Shown here one piece after another: positions 49,408 through 58,367 of a stretch of DNA of 64,000 bases (the first letter of the stretch is position 1; the number at the start of each line of letters is the position of its first letter). The position numbers and the translations under genes were made by a program. The notes under the pieces were generated by a model that did no database searches, was not told the DNA's origin, and was given only the letters and a program-made list of their open reading frames with translations. The stretch comes from Gammaproteobacteria bacterium (GTDB lineage Bacteria; Pseudomonadota; Gammaproteobacteria; JABABF01), in contig OZ250153.1 in the NCBI GenBank assembly GCA_965237805.1, forward strand, positions 256,001 through 320,000, in the 5' to 3' direction.

Positions 49408-50535
49408 TCAGAGCTCCGGCAACAGCCCGTGCAGGCGCTCGGTGGTGTCGACATATTCGCCGAGCAGGCGAGCCATCACATCGCGACAGCTTTCGGTCTG
49501 CTGAATCTGGCCGACCACTTGGCCGACGGCGTTGAAAGAAACTTGCTGTGCCGTGCCAGCGGCGGCATAGGTCTTGGTGCGGCGCATGGCATCGTAGCTG
49601 ACAAAACCCTGCAAGGGCATCGGCAGGGGATCCGGCGTGTCCTCGCGCGCCCACGCCTCGGTCCAATCGTTGCGCAACATGCGGCAGGGCTTGCCAGTCC
49701 ACGAGCGTGAGCGCACCGTATCCTCGCTGGTGGCCGCAAAATAGGATTCGCGCTCGGCTGGCTGGGCGGTCGCCTCGTCCACCGCCAGCCACAGCGAACC
49801 AGCCCAGACACCTTGGGCACCAGCGGCCAGCGCGGCCACTATCTGCCGCCCACTACCGATACCGCCAGCCGCCAGCACCGGCGTCGGTGCCACGGCGTCC
49901 ACCACCTGCGGCCACAACACGATGCTGCCAACCTCACCGGTGTGTCCGCCACCTTCGGCACCCTGCGCGATGACGATGTCGACACCCGCATCGCGGTGGC
50001 GCACCGCCTGACGCACACGCCCACACAGCGCGGCCACCAGACGACCGGAAGCATGAATGCGGTCGATGACACCCTTGGGCGGCGTGCCCAAGGCATTGGC
50101 GATCATCACGACATTCTTGTGCGTGAGCGCCTCGTCAACCAAGGGCTCGGCAGTGGGGCCGGTCCAGCCCAACAAGCGGACTTCCATTGGTTCCGGCCAC
50201 TCCGGCACGCCGTGCTCGCTGAGCAGCTGGTTGGCGAAGTCGAGGTGCTGCTGCGGCACCATCTCTTTGAGCTTCTGCTCCAAGGCATCGGCATCAGTCT
50301 CGCCATCAGAGCCTTCATAGCGTTGCGGGATGACCACATCCACCGCATAGGGCTTGTCGCCGATACGCTCGTCGATCCACGCCAATTCCTGTTGCAGCTG
50401 TTCGACCGAGAAGCCGACCGCGCCGAGCACGCCGAGGCCCCCGGCTTTACTCACCTCCACCACCACATCGCGGCAGTGGGTAAATGCGAAAATGGGATAC
50501 TCGATCCCAAGACGCTCGCAAATTTCAGTACGCAT
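49408..50535 (-). CDS. Nitronate monooxygenase family FMN oxidoreductase
   Basis: MRTEICERLGIEYPIFAFTHCRDVV, QGAEGGGHTG, LAAGGIGSG. Confidence 0.85.
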   Translation of the reverse strand: MRTEICERLGIEYPIFAFTHCRDVVVEVSKAGGLGVLGAVGFSVEQLQQELAWIDERIGDKPYAVDVVIPQRYEGSDGETDADALEQKLKEMVPQQHLDFANQLLSEHGVPEWPEPMEVRLLGWTGPTAEPLVDEALTHKNVVMIANALGTPPKGVIDRIHASGRLVAALCGRVRQAVRHRDAGVDIVIAQGAEGGGHTGEVGSIVLWPQVVDAVAPTPVLAAGGIGSGRQIVAALAAGAQGVWAGSLWLAVDEATAQPAERESYFAATSEDTVRSRSWTGKPCRMLRNDWTEAWAREDTPDPLPMPLQGFVSYDAMRRTKTYAAAGTAQQVSFNAVGQVVGQIQQTESCRDVMARLLGEYVDTTERLHGLLPEL

Positions 50536-50713
50536 GACGCAATCAGCTCCTGTTGACTCGATACTAGGCGACTTTGGCTGGCCCCACCCACGGCGCAACG
50601 CACAGTCGATGCCTTGGGGGCACGAGCAATGCGCAAGCGCTGTAGCCGAACGCCCGCCTGATTTGCATCATACAATAATCGGTTGCCACAAGTGACGCGC
50701 TCTAGGCCGCACC

Positions 50714-51493
50714 ATGTCGAAGCAACTCGATCTCTCCGGGCGCGCGGTACTGGTCACCGGCGGAACCCACGGCATCGGGCACGGCATCAGCGAGTGCTTT
50801 CTCGCCGCTGGTGCGCAGGTGCTGGTCTGCGCCCGTAGCGAGATTGACGCAGATGAGCTGCCGAGCGCCGACGGTCGGCGCGCCCTCTTCCTACGCGCCG
50901 ATGTGCGTGACCCGGATCAGGCGACGGCCTGCACGGCGGCAACGGTGGCACATTTCGGACGGCTCGATGTGGTGGTCAACAACGCTGGCGGCAGCCCGGC
51001 GGCCGACAGCGCCGATGCATCACCGCGCTTCTCGGAGGCGATCATCCGTCTCAACCTGCTGGCCCCGCTATTCATCGCCCAAGCTGCCAATATGATCATG
51101 CAAGAGCAGGAGGATGGTGGTAGGATTATCAATATCGCCAGCGTCAGTGCCGTGCGCCCCTCGCCGAATAGAGCCGCCTACGGTGCCGCCAAGGCTGGGC
51201 TCGTCAACCTGAGCAAGACACTGGCCGTGGAATGGGCCCCTAAAGTGCGGGTCAACGCCATCATCGCGGGCCTGATCCACACCGAAACGGCGGCGCTAAA
51301 CTACGGCGACGAAGACGGCATACGCGCCACCGCCGCCAGCATTCCGGCCGGACGCATGGGGACGCCAGAGGACATTGGCAACGCCTGCCTGTACTTGGCC
51401 TCACCACTGGCCAGCTTCGTCAGCGGCAGCGCTTTAGAAGTGCATGGCGGCGGCGAAAGCCCGCGCCATCGCGATCCGAACAACACGCGCTAA
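50714..51493 (+). CDS. Short-chain dehydrogenase/reductase
   Basis: VTGGTHGIG, NNAGG, YGAAK. Confidence 0.88.
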   Translation: MSKQLDLSGRAVLVTGGTHGIGHGISECFLAAGAQVLVCARSEIDADELPSADGRRALFLRADVRDPDQATACTAATVAHFGRLDVVVNNAGGSPAADSADASPRFSEAIIRLNLLAPLFIAQAANMIMQEQEDGGRIINIASVSAVRPSPNRAAYGAAKAGLVNLSKTLAVEWAPKVRVNAIIAGLIHTETAALNYGDEDGIRATAASIPAGRMGTPEDIGNACLYLASPLASFVSGSALEVHGGGESPRHRDPNNTR

Positions 51494-51501
51494 CACTGGC
51501 T

Positions 51502-52761
51502 ATGGCCTGTCTGGTACACAAGTACGGCGGCAGCTCGCTGGCCTCCCCAGCCCACATCAATGCGATCGCAGCCCGGGTGCGGGACTGCCGTGCCGCTGGC
51601 CACCGGGTCGCGGTCGTCGTCTCCGCTATCAACGAGGAGACCGATCGCCTGCTGGCGTTGGCCGCAACGCTGGGTGCAGCCAGCGCCAGTATCGAACTGG
51701 ACACCCTGCTAGCCACCGGCGAACAAGCCAGCGCGGCACTGCTCTGCCTCGCCTTGCAGCGCATCGGTGTCGAAGCCGCATCGTTCAGCGGCACGAGACA
51801 GCCCATCCAGAGTGGCGGTGAGGCTGGCAGGGCGCTGATCACCGCAGTGCATGCCGATGCGCTGCGCGAGATGATGGCGCGGAACGCGGTACCAGTGGTC
51901 GCCGGATTCCAAGGCATCGCGGCCGACGGCACCCTGCAAACCCTCGGTCGCGGTGGCTCGGATACCAGCGCCGTCGCCGTGGCGCTGGCCTTGAATGCCG
52001 ACGAGTGCCGTATCTACACCGATGTCGACGGCATCTGCTCGGCCAACCCCAAGCTGGTGGCGCAGACGCAACTGCGCCATCAGCTGGACTTTGAAGAGGT
52101 GCTGGAAATGGCCAGTTCCGGTGCCAAAGTGTTGCAATACCGAGCCGCCGCGCTGTCCGGGCGCCATGGCCTCAAGCTGCGGGTGCTGTCATCGATGACC
52201 ACTGGCGACGAGTCGCATGATGCGAGCGCGGGTACACTAGTGGCAAAGCGCAACCATCGCAGCTTTGCTGCCGACCACGACATGGAACAACCCGACCCCG
52301 AGGAAAAATACCAAGTGGTGGAAAATGCCAACGAGGCACAAGTGGCGATCAGCGGAGTACCCGATCAACCCGGGGTCGCCGCCGACATTCTCAGCACCAT
52401 CGCCGCGCGCGGCATCCAAGTCGACCTGATCGTCCAAAACACCGGCCACGACCGCATCAGCGACCTCAGTTTCACCGTGCCGCGCAGCGAGGTGGAACAG
52501 GCAGAGACGCTGGCGCAACAGGCGGTGAACCAAATTGGTGCTGGCTCTGTGCAAACTGATTGTAGAATTGCCAAGGTCGCACTGGTAGGATATGGCTTGC
52601 GCTCACAGGCTGGCGTGGCGGGCAAGATGTTCGCGACGCTGGCAAAACACAAAGTCAATATCAAAATGATCGCAACTTCGGAGGTGCGGATAGCCGTCAT
52701 CGTGCAAGAAGACGACCTCAAAGCAGCTGTGCGTGCGCTACACGCCGCGTTCTGCGAGTAG
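51502..52761 (+). CDS. lysC: Aspartate kinase
   Basis: VHKYGGSS, TLGRGGSDTSA, IYTDVDG, two ACT domains ending IATSEVRI. Confidence 0.92.
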   Translation: MACLVHKYGGSSLASPAHINAIAARVRDCRAAGHRVAVVVSAINEETDRLLALAATLGAASASIELDTLLATGEQASAALLCLALQRIGVEAASFSGTRQPIQSGGEAGRALITAVHADALREMMARNAVPVVAGFQGIAADGTLQTLGRGGSDTSAVAVALALNADECRIYTDVDGICSANPKLVAQTQLRHQLDFEEVLEMASSGAKVLQYRAAALSGRHGLKLRVLSSMTTGDESHDASAGTLVAKRNHRSFAADHDMEQPDPEEKYQVVENANEAQVAISGVPDQPGVAADILSTIAARGIQVDLIVQNTGHDRISDLSFTVPRSEVEQAETLAQQAVNQIGAGSVQTDCRIAKVALVGYGLRSQAGVAGKMFATLAKHKVNIKMIATSEVRIAVIVQEDDLKAAVRALHAAFCE

Positions 52762-52936
52762 CCATCGTGGCCGCTATGCTTTGCCAAGCACGATCTGACA
52801 GCACCGCCAACTACAGGGTGCTGGCGACTCAAACTGATACCCAGCTCGGATTGGGAAGCCACATAATGAGACCCAGCTCAGCGAGCGTGAGCTGGCAAGA
52901 TTAATAGGAGATATAGGCCATTAGGAGGTGTAGCCC

Positions 52937-53161
52937 ATGTTGGTACTGACTCGTCGGGTCGGCGAAACCATCGTCATCGGCGACGATGTGCGGGTCACTG
53001 TGCTCGGCATACGCGGGCAACAAACCAAACTGGGCATCAGTGCGCTGCCGCATATCCCCATCTACAGAGAGGAGCTGAAGCCCGAAGCAACAAACCCAGA
53101 CAACCGCGCCCCAAGGGCACCCGCCCAACAGCGCGATGCGGCTCAGCAAGCTCTGATATAG
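52937..53161 (+). CDS. csrA: Carbon storage regulator CsrA
   Basis: MLVLTRRVGETIVIGDDVRVTVLG...IYREE; lysC-csrA-tRNA-Ser synteny. Confidence 0.93.
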   Translation: MLVLTRRVGETIVIGDDVRVTVLGIRGQQTKLGISALPHIPIYREELKPEATNPDNRAPRAPAQQRDAAQQALI

Positions 53162-53237
53162 GTGCCCGCAGTGCTTGCGCTCCGCGCCAGTGCTGTGGCA
53201 TCAAGGCGCTTGGATTAAACTTTAAGGGCAGATGATC

Positions 53238-53328
53238 GGAGAGGTGGCCGAGTGGCTTAAGGCGCTCCCCTGCTAAGGGAGTATGGGCTAATACCCCATC
53301 GAGGGTTCGAATCCCTCCTTCTCCGCCA
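53238..53328 (+). tRNA. tRNA-Ser(GCT)
   Basis: GGAGAGGTGGCCGAGTGG...CCCCT-GCT-AAGGG...long variable arm...GGTTCGAATCC...CTCCGCCA. Confidence 0.95.
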
Positions 53329-53432
53329 GCGGCGGATACGATGCGCAGACAGCTGCGGCACAGGCAACCCTAGCCCCTTGTCGCAGCGAGGGTAATCACC
53401 TTATAATCTAAAAAGATTTATGTACAGTTCAG

Positions 53433-53497
53433 GGGGGCACCACATGGGGGCACCACATGGGGGTGCCACATGGGGGTGCCACATGGGGCACCACATG
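53433..53497. repeat. 13-bp tandem repeat x5, GGGGG(CA/TG)CCACAT
   Basis: Read directly; the last unit has 4 G. Confidence 0.9.
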
Positions 53498-53552
53498 ATG
53501 TTGCCACCGACTTGCCCTTGATCATTAAACCCTGAAAACATTATTTAAAATT

Positions 53553-55133
53553 TTGGGGAGCATCACTGTGATCATCCCTCTTGTTGCTTGGGCAGCTGGT
53601 GTCATCCCCGGCATCCCCTCACCGCAACGTGCCCTGCTGATCGCCCAATCTGCCAATGCTAGCAGCAACCGGGACGATGCGAGTGGGCAACCGCGCATCG
53701 TCCTCGCGTGGATGGACAACGACTACCACGGTCGTCTGACCCACCGGATCCGCGGCGATCTCACCGGCTTGCTAGATGCCGAGCTGATCATCGATCCGAC
53801 CATCTTGCGGCATCGCAACCATGATGCACTGTGGAAACTTAACGCATGCCGCCAAACCAAGCCGCTGCGCGACAAATGGAAAAGCGACCTGGTCGTCAGT
53901 GGCAAACGCTCTCTGCAAGGAATACAGTTCTATCTGAGCGGGCAGGAATGTGAGCATGCCCCAGCCTATGACGAGCACCTGTACACACTGGCGCACAACT
54001 TTGAAACCCCGAAGCGCTATGGCAAGAGCACGAAACTCTATCTGAACACCAAAGTGGTGCTCGCTATGCCGACCCCGCCAGCTGACAGCAACCAATTCTA
54101 TTTGATGTTGCGCAACTTGGGAGCGCTGCACAAATTGTTGGGGCAAGCCATCGCCGACCCGGCACTCAACCAGCAGCTAACTTGGCGTCTATCACTACAA
54201 GATCTCCAGGCTCAAATCAATATTCGGCTGGGACATCTGGAGAATGATACGACGCAATACCAAACCGCCTACAAACTCTATTCCAAGGCCCTAGAACAAC
54301 TGCCGCCGGTAGCCGATGCGGCACGCGACGCCGACTCGAACAAAACGCTGGCCATCGTGCTCAATAACTACGCTGCCGTCATCGGTTTGCTACTGGAGCG
54401 TGGAGCGCGCAACAAGAGCCAGCTGGAACTCGCACACCAGGGTATGGAGTACTTGCAGCAATCGCTCAAACAACAAAATCAGGCTCAACACGCAATGCTG
54501 TGGGGGACGTCCATGACCAATCTCGGCTATATGCAGATATACATTGCCAGACTGACGCGCGATCCCGAGCTGCTGGGCAAGGCACGCGAATCGCTCCAGG
54601 CCGCCAGCACCCTGCAACGACGCATGACCCTGCAAGCCGAGCGGTCGCGCTCTGAAATCGGGCTGGCGATGGCGGCGGCGCAGGCCGCGCTGTGGGACAA
54701 GAGTCTAGAACTCTACCAAGAGGCACTGGACAGCCATCAAGCAGCGTTGCAGTTGACCTCGCAGTCGCTCTCGCCCTTCCGTTGGAGCCTCGCCAAGCAG
54801 TCCATCGCCTTGCTCTTGGCGCGGCTCGGCAAAGATGAGCGAAATGCCGACCATCTGCGCAAGGCAGTACAACACTTCCGCGATGCCCTGTCGACCAATA
54901 GCTGGGGGAAAACACCTGTCAAGTGGAGCAGGGTGCAACTCAATCTCGCCAGCAGTATGGTGCTACTCGCCAATATAGTGGGACAGGAGGAACGCGCCAA
55001 GCTGCTCGCTGAAGCCCGCCAACGGCTGGATCAGACCGAGCAGAGACTGCGCCTCAGCGAAGTCCAAGATCCACGCTTGACGAACAACATCCAAGCCATT
55101 CGAGATCTGTTGCAGAAGGTTTCCTTGCGCTGA
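53553..55133 (+). CDS. TPR-repeat protein with N-terminal hydrophobic segment
   Basis: Helical repeats WGTSMTNLG, PFRWSLAKQSIA, PVKWSRVQLNLA. Start (TTG) uncertain. Confidence 0.65.
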   Translation: MGSITVIIPLVAWAAGVIPGIPSPQRALLIAQSANASSNRDDASGQPRIVLAWMDNDYHGRLTHRIRGDLTGLLDAELIIDPTILRHRNHDALWKLNACRQTKPLRDKWKSDLVVSGKRSLQGIQFYLSGQECEHAPAYDEHLYTLAHNFETPKRYGKSTKLYLNTKVVLAMPTPPADSNQFYLMLRNLGALHKLLGQAIADPALNQQLTWRLSLQDLQAQINIRLGHLENDTTQYQTAYKLYSKALEQLPPVADAARDADSNKTLAIVLNNYAAVIGLLLERGARNKSQLELAHQGMEYLQQSLKQQNQAQHAMLWGTSMTNLGYMQIYIARLTRDPELLGKARESLQAASTLQRRMTLQAERSRSEIGLAMAAAQAALWDKSLELYQEALDSHQAALQLTSQSLSPFRWSLAKQSIALLLARLGKDERNADHLRKAVQHFRDALSTNSWGKTPVKWSRVQLNLASSMVLLANIVGQEERAKLLAEARQRLDQTEQRLRLSEVQDPRLTNNIQAIRDLLQKVSLR

Positions 55134-55253
55134 TCCCACCATCACCACCAGCGGCTCTAAACAGCTTGGCTTAGGTTACAATTTTGATTGCGGTATTATC
55201 AGCTGCGGATGCGCTGCCGACCAAGCGCTGGTGCGCACCTTAAGAGGTCTCTC

Positions 55254-55535
55254 ATCATACTTAGCAGATCACGCAGCTCGGCGCCGATCGCCAGGTTCCC
55301 CCTCGCCGCAACCGTCTCGCGCAGCTCGGACAACAGCGATTTAAAACATATCCCGGGTCATGACGGCCTGCCACTGAGCGGCCAGACACCGCGCAGGCTC
55401 AGCGAACCCTTGGCGCTATTCGACGCATACGATCAAAAATACGGGGCCGTCTGTAAAATGGGGATGACCATGCAGCACATGCCTTTCCCCAAAGTCAGGG
55501 ACGAGCTCCCATTGCGCCTGCATGCGCTGCATTGA
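55254..55535 (+). pseudogene. Internally deleted cytochrome P450 paralog
   Basis: RFPL...KHIPGH.G.P..GQ...KYGAVCKMGMTMQ joined directly to HMPFPKVRDELPLRL; these match the N- and C-termini of the adjacent P450. Confidence 0.8.
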
Positions 55536-55538
55536 GCG

Positions 55539-56954
55539 ATGCCCCCAGCAACCGACAAGCAAGCCACCTTAGCGGGGCGCTTTCCACTTTCTGCAGGAGT
55601 GGGATTGGGCAAGCCCAACGCCAATTCGCGCTCAATCAAGCACATCCCCGGACATTTTGGCAAACCCATAGTCGGCCAAATTGCACGCAATATCTCCGCA
55701 CCCTATGAGCTCTACGACGAGTACTACAACAAATACGGCCCGGTCTGCTCGATGGGAACCATCATGCAGCGTATCGTGGTGCTGCTGGGGCCAGAATTTG
55801 TCCAAGAATTGACCCTTGATCCGGAGCAGAACTACTCACTGCGCATGGGCTACCACGCCAGCGCCAAAGATTTCTTCGGCGGCGGCCTGCTGATGATGGA
55901 TTTCGACGAGCACCGCTTCAACCGACGCATCATGCAGACGGCCTTCAAGTTCTCTTCGATGCGCCACTATATCGGCAAGATGTCGCCGCTGATTGACGAG
56001 CAGACCAGCGCATGGGCGCTCCAAGGCGATGACTTCCTGTTCTATCCTGCCATCAAGCGGTTGCTGCTCGACATCGGTGCCCGCGTCTTTGTCGGCGTCG
56101 ACTTGGGCCAGGATGTCGAGCGGCTGAACCAAGCCTTCCTCGATATGATCGCGGGCGTACTGGCCATCGTCCGACGCGACTGGCCCGGACTGCTCTATCA
56201 CAAATCGATGAAGGCCATGCGCACCCTCAACCAATTCCTAGGCGATCAAATACAGGAACGACGACGCTCGGATAGTGATGGCCAAGACATGATGAGCCAC
56301 CTGTGCCGCGAGCGCAGCGAAGACGGCGAGCTGTTCGACGACGCACAGCTGATTGATCATATGCGCTTTTTGCTGCTGGCCGCTCACGACACCACCACCA
56401 GCGCGCTGACAATGGCCGCCTACGAACTGGCGCGCAACCCCGAGTGGCAGGAGCGCCTGCGTGCGGAGTATGCTGCACTGGGAGAAGCACTGGTCTACGA
56501 CGATCTCGACAAGATGCCGCTCAGCGATTTGCTCTTCCATGAGACCGAGCGCCTCTACCCGGCGGTGACCGGCCTAGCTCGCCGCACGGTGCGCGACACC
56601 GAGCTCGGCGGCTACCATATCCCTGCTCACACTCAGCTGACGACCTCGATCCTCTATATGCACCGCATGAAGGAATGGTGGAGTGATCCCTCGCGTTTCG
56701 ACCCGGAACGCTTTTCGCCGGAGCGCGCCGAGCACCGGCAGCACAAGTTCTTGTGGTCGCCCTTCGGCGGCGGTGCGCACAAGTGCATCGGCCTACATTT
56801 TGCGCAGATGCTGTTCAAGTGCACGCTGTTCGGGATACTGCGCAAATACCAGCTCGAGCTGCCCGAGGACTACCCGGAGCGACCCGCCATGCAATTCATG
56901 CCATTCCCCAAGGTGACGGACGACTTAGCGCTGCGCCTGCGCCCCATCCAATAG
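55539..56954 (+). CDS. Cytochrome P450
   Basis: AAHDTT I-helix, ETERLYP (ExxR), FDPERF, FGGGAHKCIG heme motif. Confidence 0.95.
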   Translation: MPPATDKQATLAGRFPLSAGVGLGKPNANSRSIKHIPGHFGKPIVGQIARNISAPYELYDEYYNKYGPVCSMGTIMQRIVVLLGPEFVQELTLDPEQNYSLRMGYHASAKDFFGGGLLMMDFDEHRFNRRIMQTAFKFSSMRHYIGKMSPLIDEQTSAWALQGDDFLFYPAIKRLLLDIGARVFVGVDLGQDVERLNQAFLDMIAGVLAIVRRDWPGLLYHKSMKAMRTLNQFLGDQIQERRRSDSDGQDMMSHLCRERSEDGELFDDAQLIDHMRFLLLAAHDTTTSALTMAAYELARNPEWQERLRAEYAALGEALVYDDLDKMPLSDLLFHETERLYPAVTGLARRTVRDTELGGYHIPAHTQLTTSILYMHRMKEWWSDPSRFDPERFSPERAEHRQHKFLWSPFGGGAHKCIGLHFAQMLFKCTLFGILRKYQLELPEDYPERPAMQFMPFPKVTDDLALRLRPIQ

Positions 56955-57086
56955 CCGCCCAAAAGCCACGCAGGGGGTGCCGATGGGGGGCTGTGAAGCC
57001 AGCGGGGATACTCTCTGGCAGCACACGCCAATCAGGCCTTGGGCGCGGCGATACGCTATCATATATACGGTGTGGCAATTGTCGAT

Positions 57087-57160
57087 GCGCCCGTAGCTCA
57101 GCTGGATAGAGCATCAGGCTACGAACCTGGGGGTCGGGGGTTCGAATCCCTTCGGGCGCG
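57087..57160 (+). tRNA. tRNA-Arg(ACG)
   Basis: GCGCCCGTAGCTCAGCTGGATAGAGC...CT-ACG-AA...GGTTCGAATCC..CGGGCGCG; CCA not encoded. Confidence 0.92.
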
Positions 57161-57233
57161 CGCCTCGACGGCGGCACAGTGCAAGGAATAGCGCCACCAG
57201 CACTGGCATACAACACGGCACAAAGGGGCTCTC

Positions 57234-58085
57234 ATGTCGCAACTAGGCTCCCTGCTCCGCCTCGACGGAAAGTCGGCGCTGATCACTGGCGGCTCGCGTG
57301 GCATCGGCTTGGCCATCGCCTGCGCCTACCGCCAAGCTGGTGCCAATGTCTGCATCACCGGGCGCAAGCAGCAAGGTCTGGACAGCGCACAGCGCGAGCT
57401 GGAACGGATCGACGCTCCGGGTCGGGTGCTGTGCCAGGCGGCCTCGGTGACCACGGCAGCGGGTAGCGAAGGTGCCGTCGCCCACCATTGCGAGGTGCTG
57501 GGCTCGCTGGACATCCTCGTCAATAACGCTGGCACCAACCCCGCGCTGGGGCCGCTACACGACATTGATCTCGGCGCTTGGCGCAAAACCTACGAGGTCA
57601 ATCTACAAGCGCCGCTGGCGATGGCACAGGCCGCATGGCGCGCCTCGATGCGCAAGCACGGCGGTGTCATCATCAACATCGGTAGCGTCGGTGTGCATGT
57701 GCCCACACCCTTCCTCGGTGCCTACACCGGCAGCAAAAGCTCCCTATTGCACCTCAGCCGCCAACTGGCCGGAGAGATGGCCCCCGACGTGCGGGTGCTG
57801 TGCATTTCTCCCGGCTTGGTCAAAACCCAGTTGTCGCGCGCACTGTGGGAGGGACGCGAAGAGGAAATGGCTCGCACCACGCTGATGCACCGCTTGGGCA
57901 CCCCCGAGGATATCGCCCACGCAGCGTTGTTCGCCGCGTCGAAAATGGCCAGTTGGATGAGCGCTGTGGAGCTGATCATCGACGGAGGATCGCGGCTGAT
58001 CGCGCTGGATCCACAGGCACAGCAAGCTGGTATCGGCGGCCCCTTAGCACCACTGGCACCGCCGGGGCCCGGCCAGTTGGCATAG
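57234..58085 (+). CDS. Short-chain dehydrogenase/reductase
   Basis: ITGGSRGIG, NNAGTNP, YTGSK. Confidence 0.88.
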   Translation: MSQLGSLLRLDGKSALITGGSRGIGLAIACAYRQAGANVCITGRKQQGLDSAQRELERIDAPGRVLCQAASVTTAAGSEGAVAHHCEVLGSLDILVNNAGTNPALGPLHDIDLGAWRKTYEVNLQAPLAMAQAAWRASMRKHGGVIINIGSVGVHVPTPFLGAYTGSKSSLLHLSRQLAGEMAPDVRVLCISPGLVKTQLSRALWEGREEEMARTTLMHRLGTPEDIAHAALFAASKMASWMSAVELIIDGGSRLIALDPQAQQAGIGGPLAPLAPPGPGQLA

Positions 58086-58109
58086 CACGCACGACGGACT
58101 ACACGACTG

Positions 58110-58367
58110 ATGCTAGATAGCGATGCAACATTGATGACGCAAGCGCTAGTGCTGGCAGCCTGCGGCATGGGCTTGGTCTTCGTGCTACTCGGCCTGCTGG
58201 TTGGTTGTATCAGCCTATTATTGCCCCGCTTCGCCAGCCTGCCCGCCACAGCGGCAGAGCAGGCAACGGATGGACAACAGAGCAGCGCGGACCAAACTGC
58301 ACGCCGCGCCGCCCGCGCCGCGGCGATCCACCACCACCGCCGACAGCAGCATCAGACCGGGCGATGA
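58110..58367 (+). CDS. oadG: Oxaloacetate decarboxylase gamma subunit
   Basis: Single TM GMGLVFVLLGLL, C-terminal AAAIHHHR; lies upstream of oadA. Confidence 0.8.
   Translation: MLDSDATLMTQALVLAACGMGLVFVLLGLLVGCISLLLPRFASLPATAAEQATDGQQSSADQTARRAARAAAIHHHRRQQHQTGR

Noticed and set aside
53433-53497. Mini-CRISPR
   Set aside because: 13-bp head-to-tail units without spacers.
53329-57086. Active integrative element or prophage at tRNA-Ser
   Set aside because: No integrase, no attR copy of the tRNA 3' end, no phage genes.
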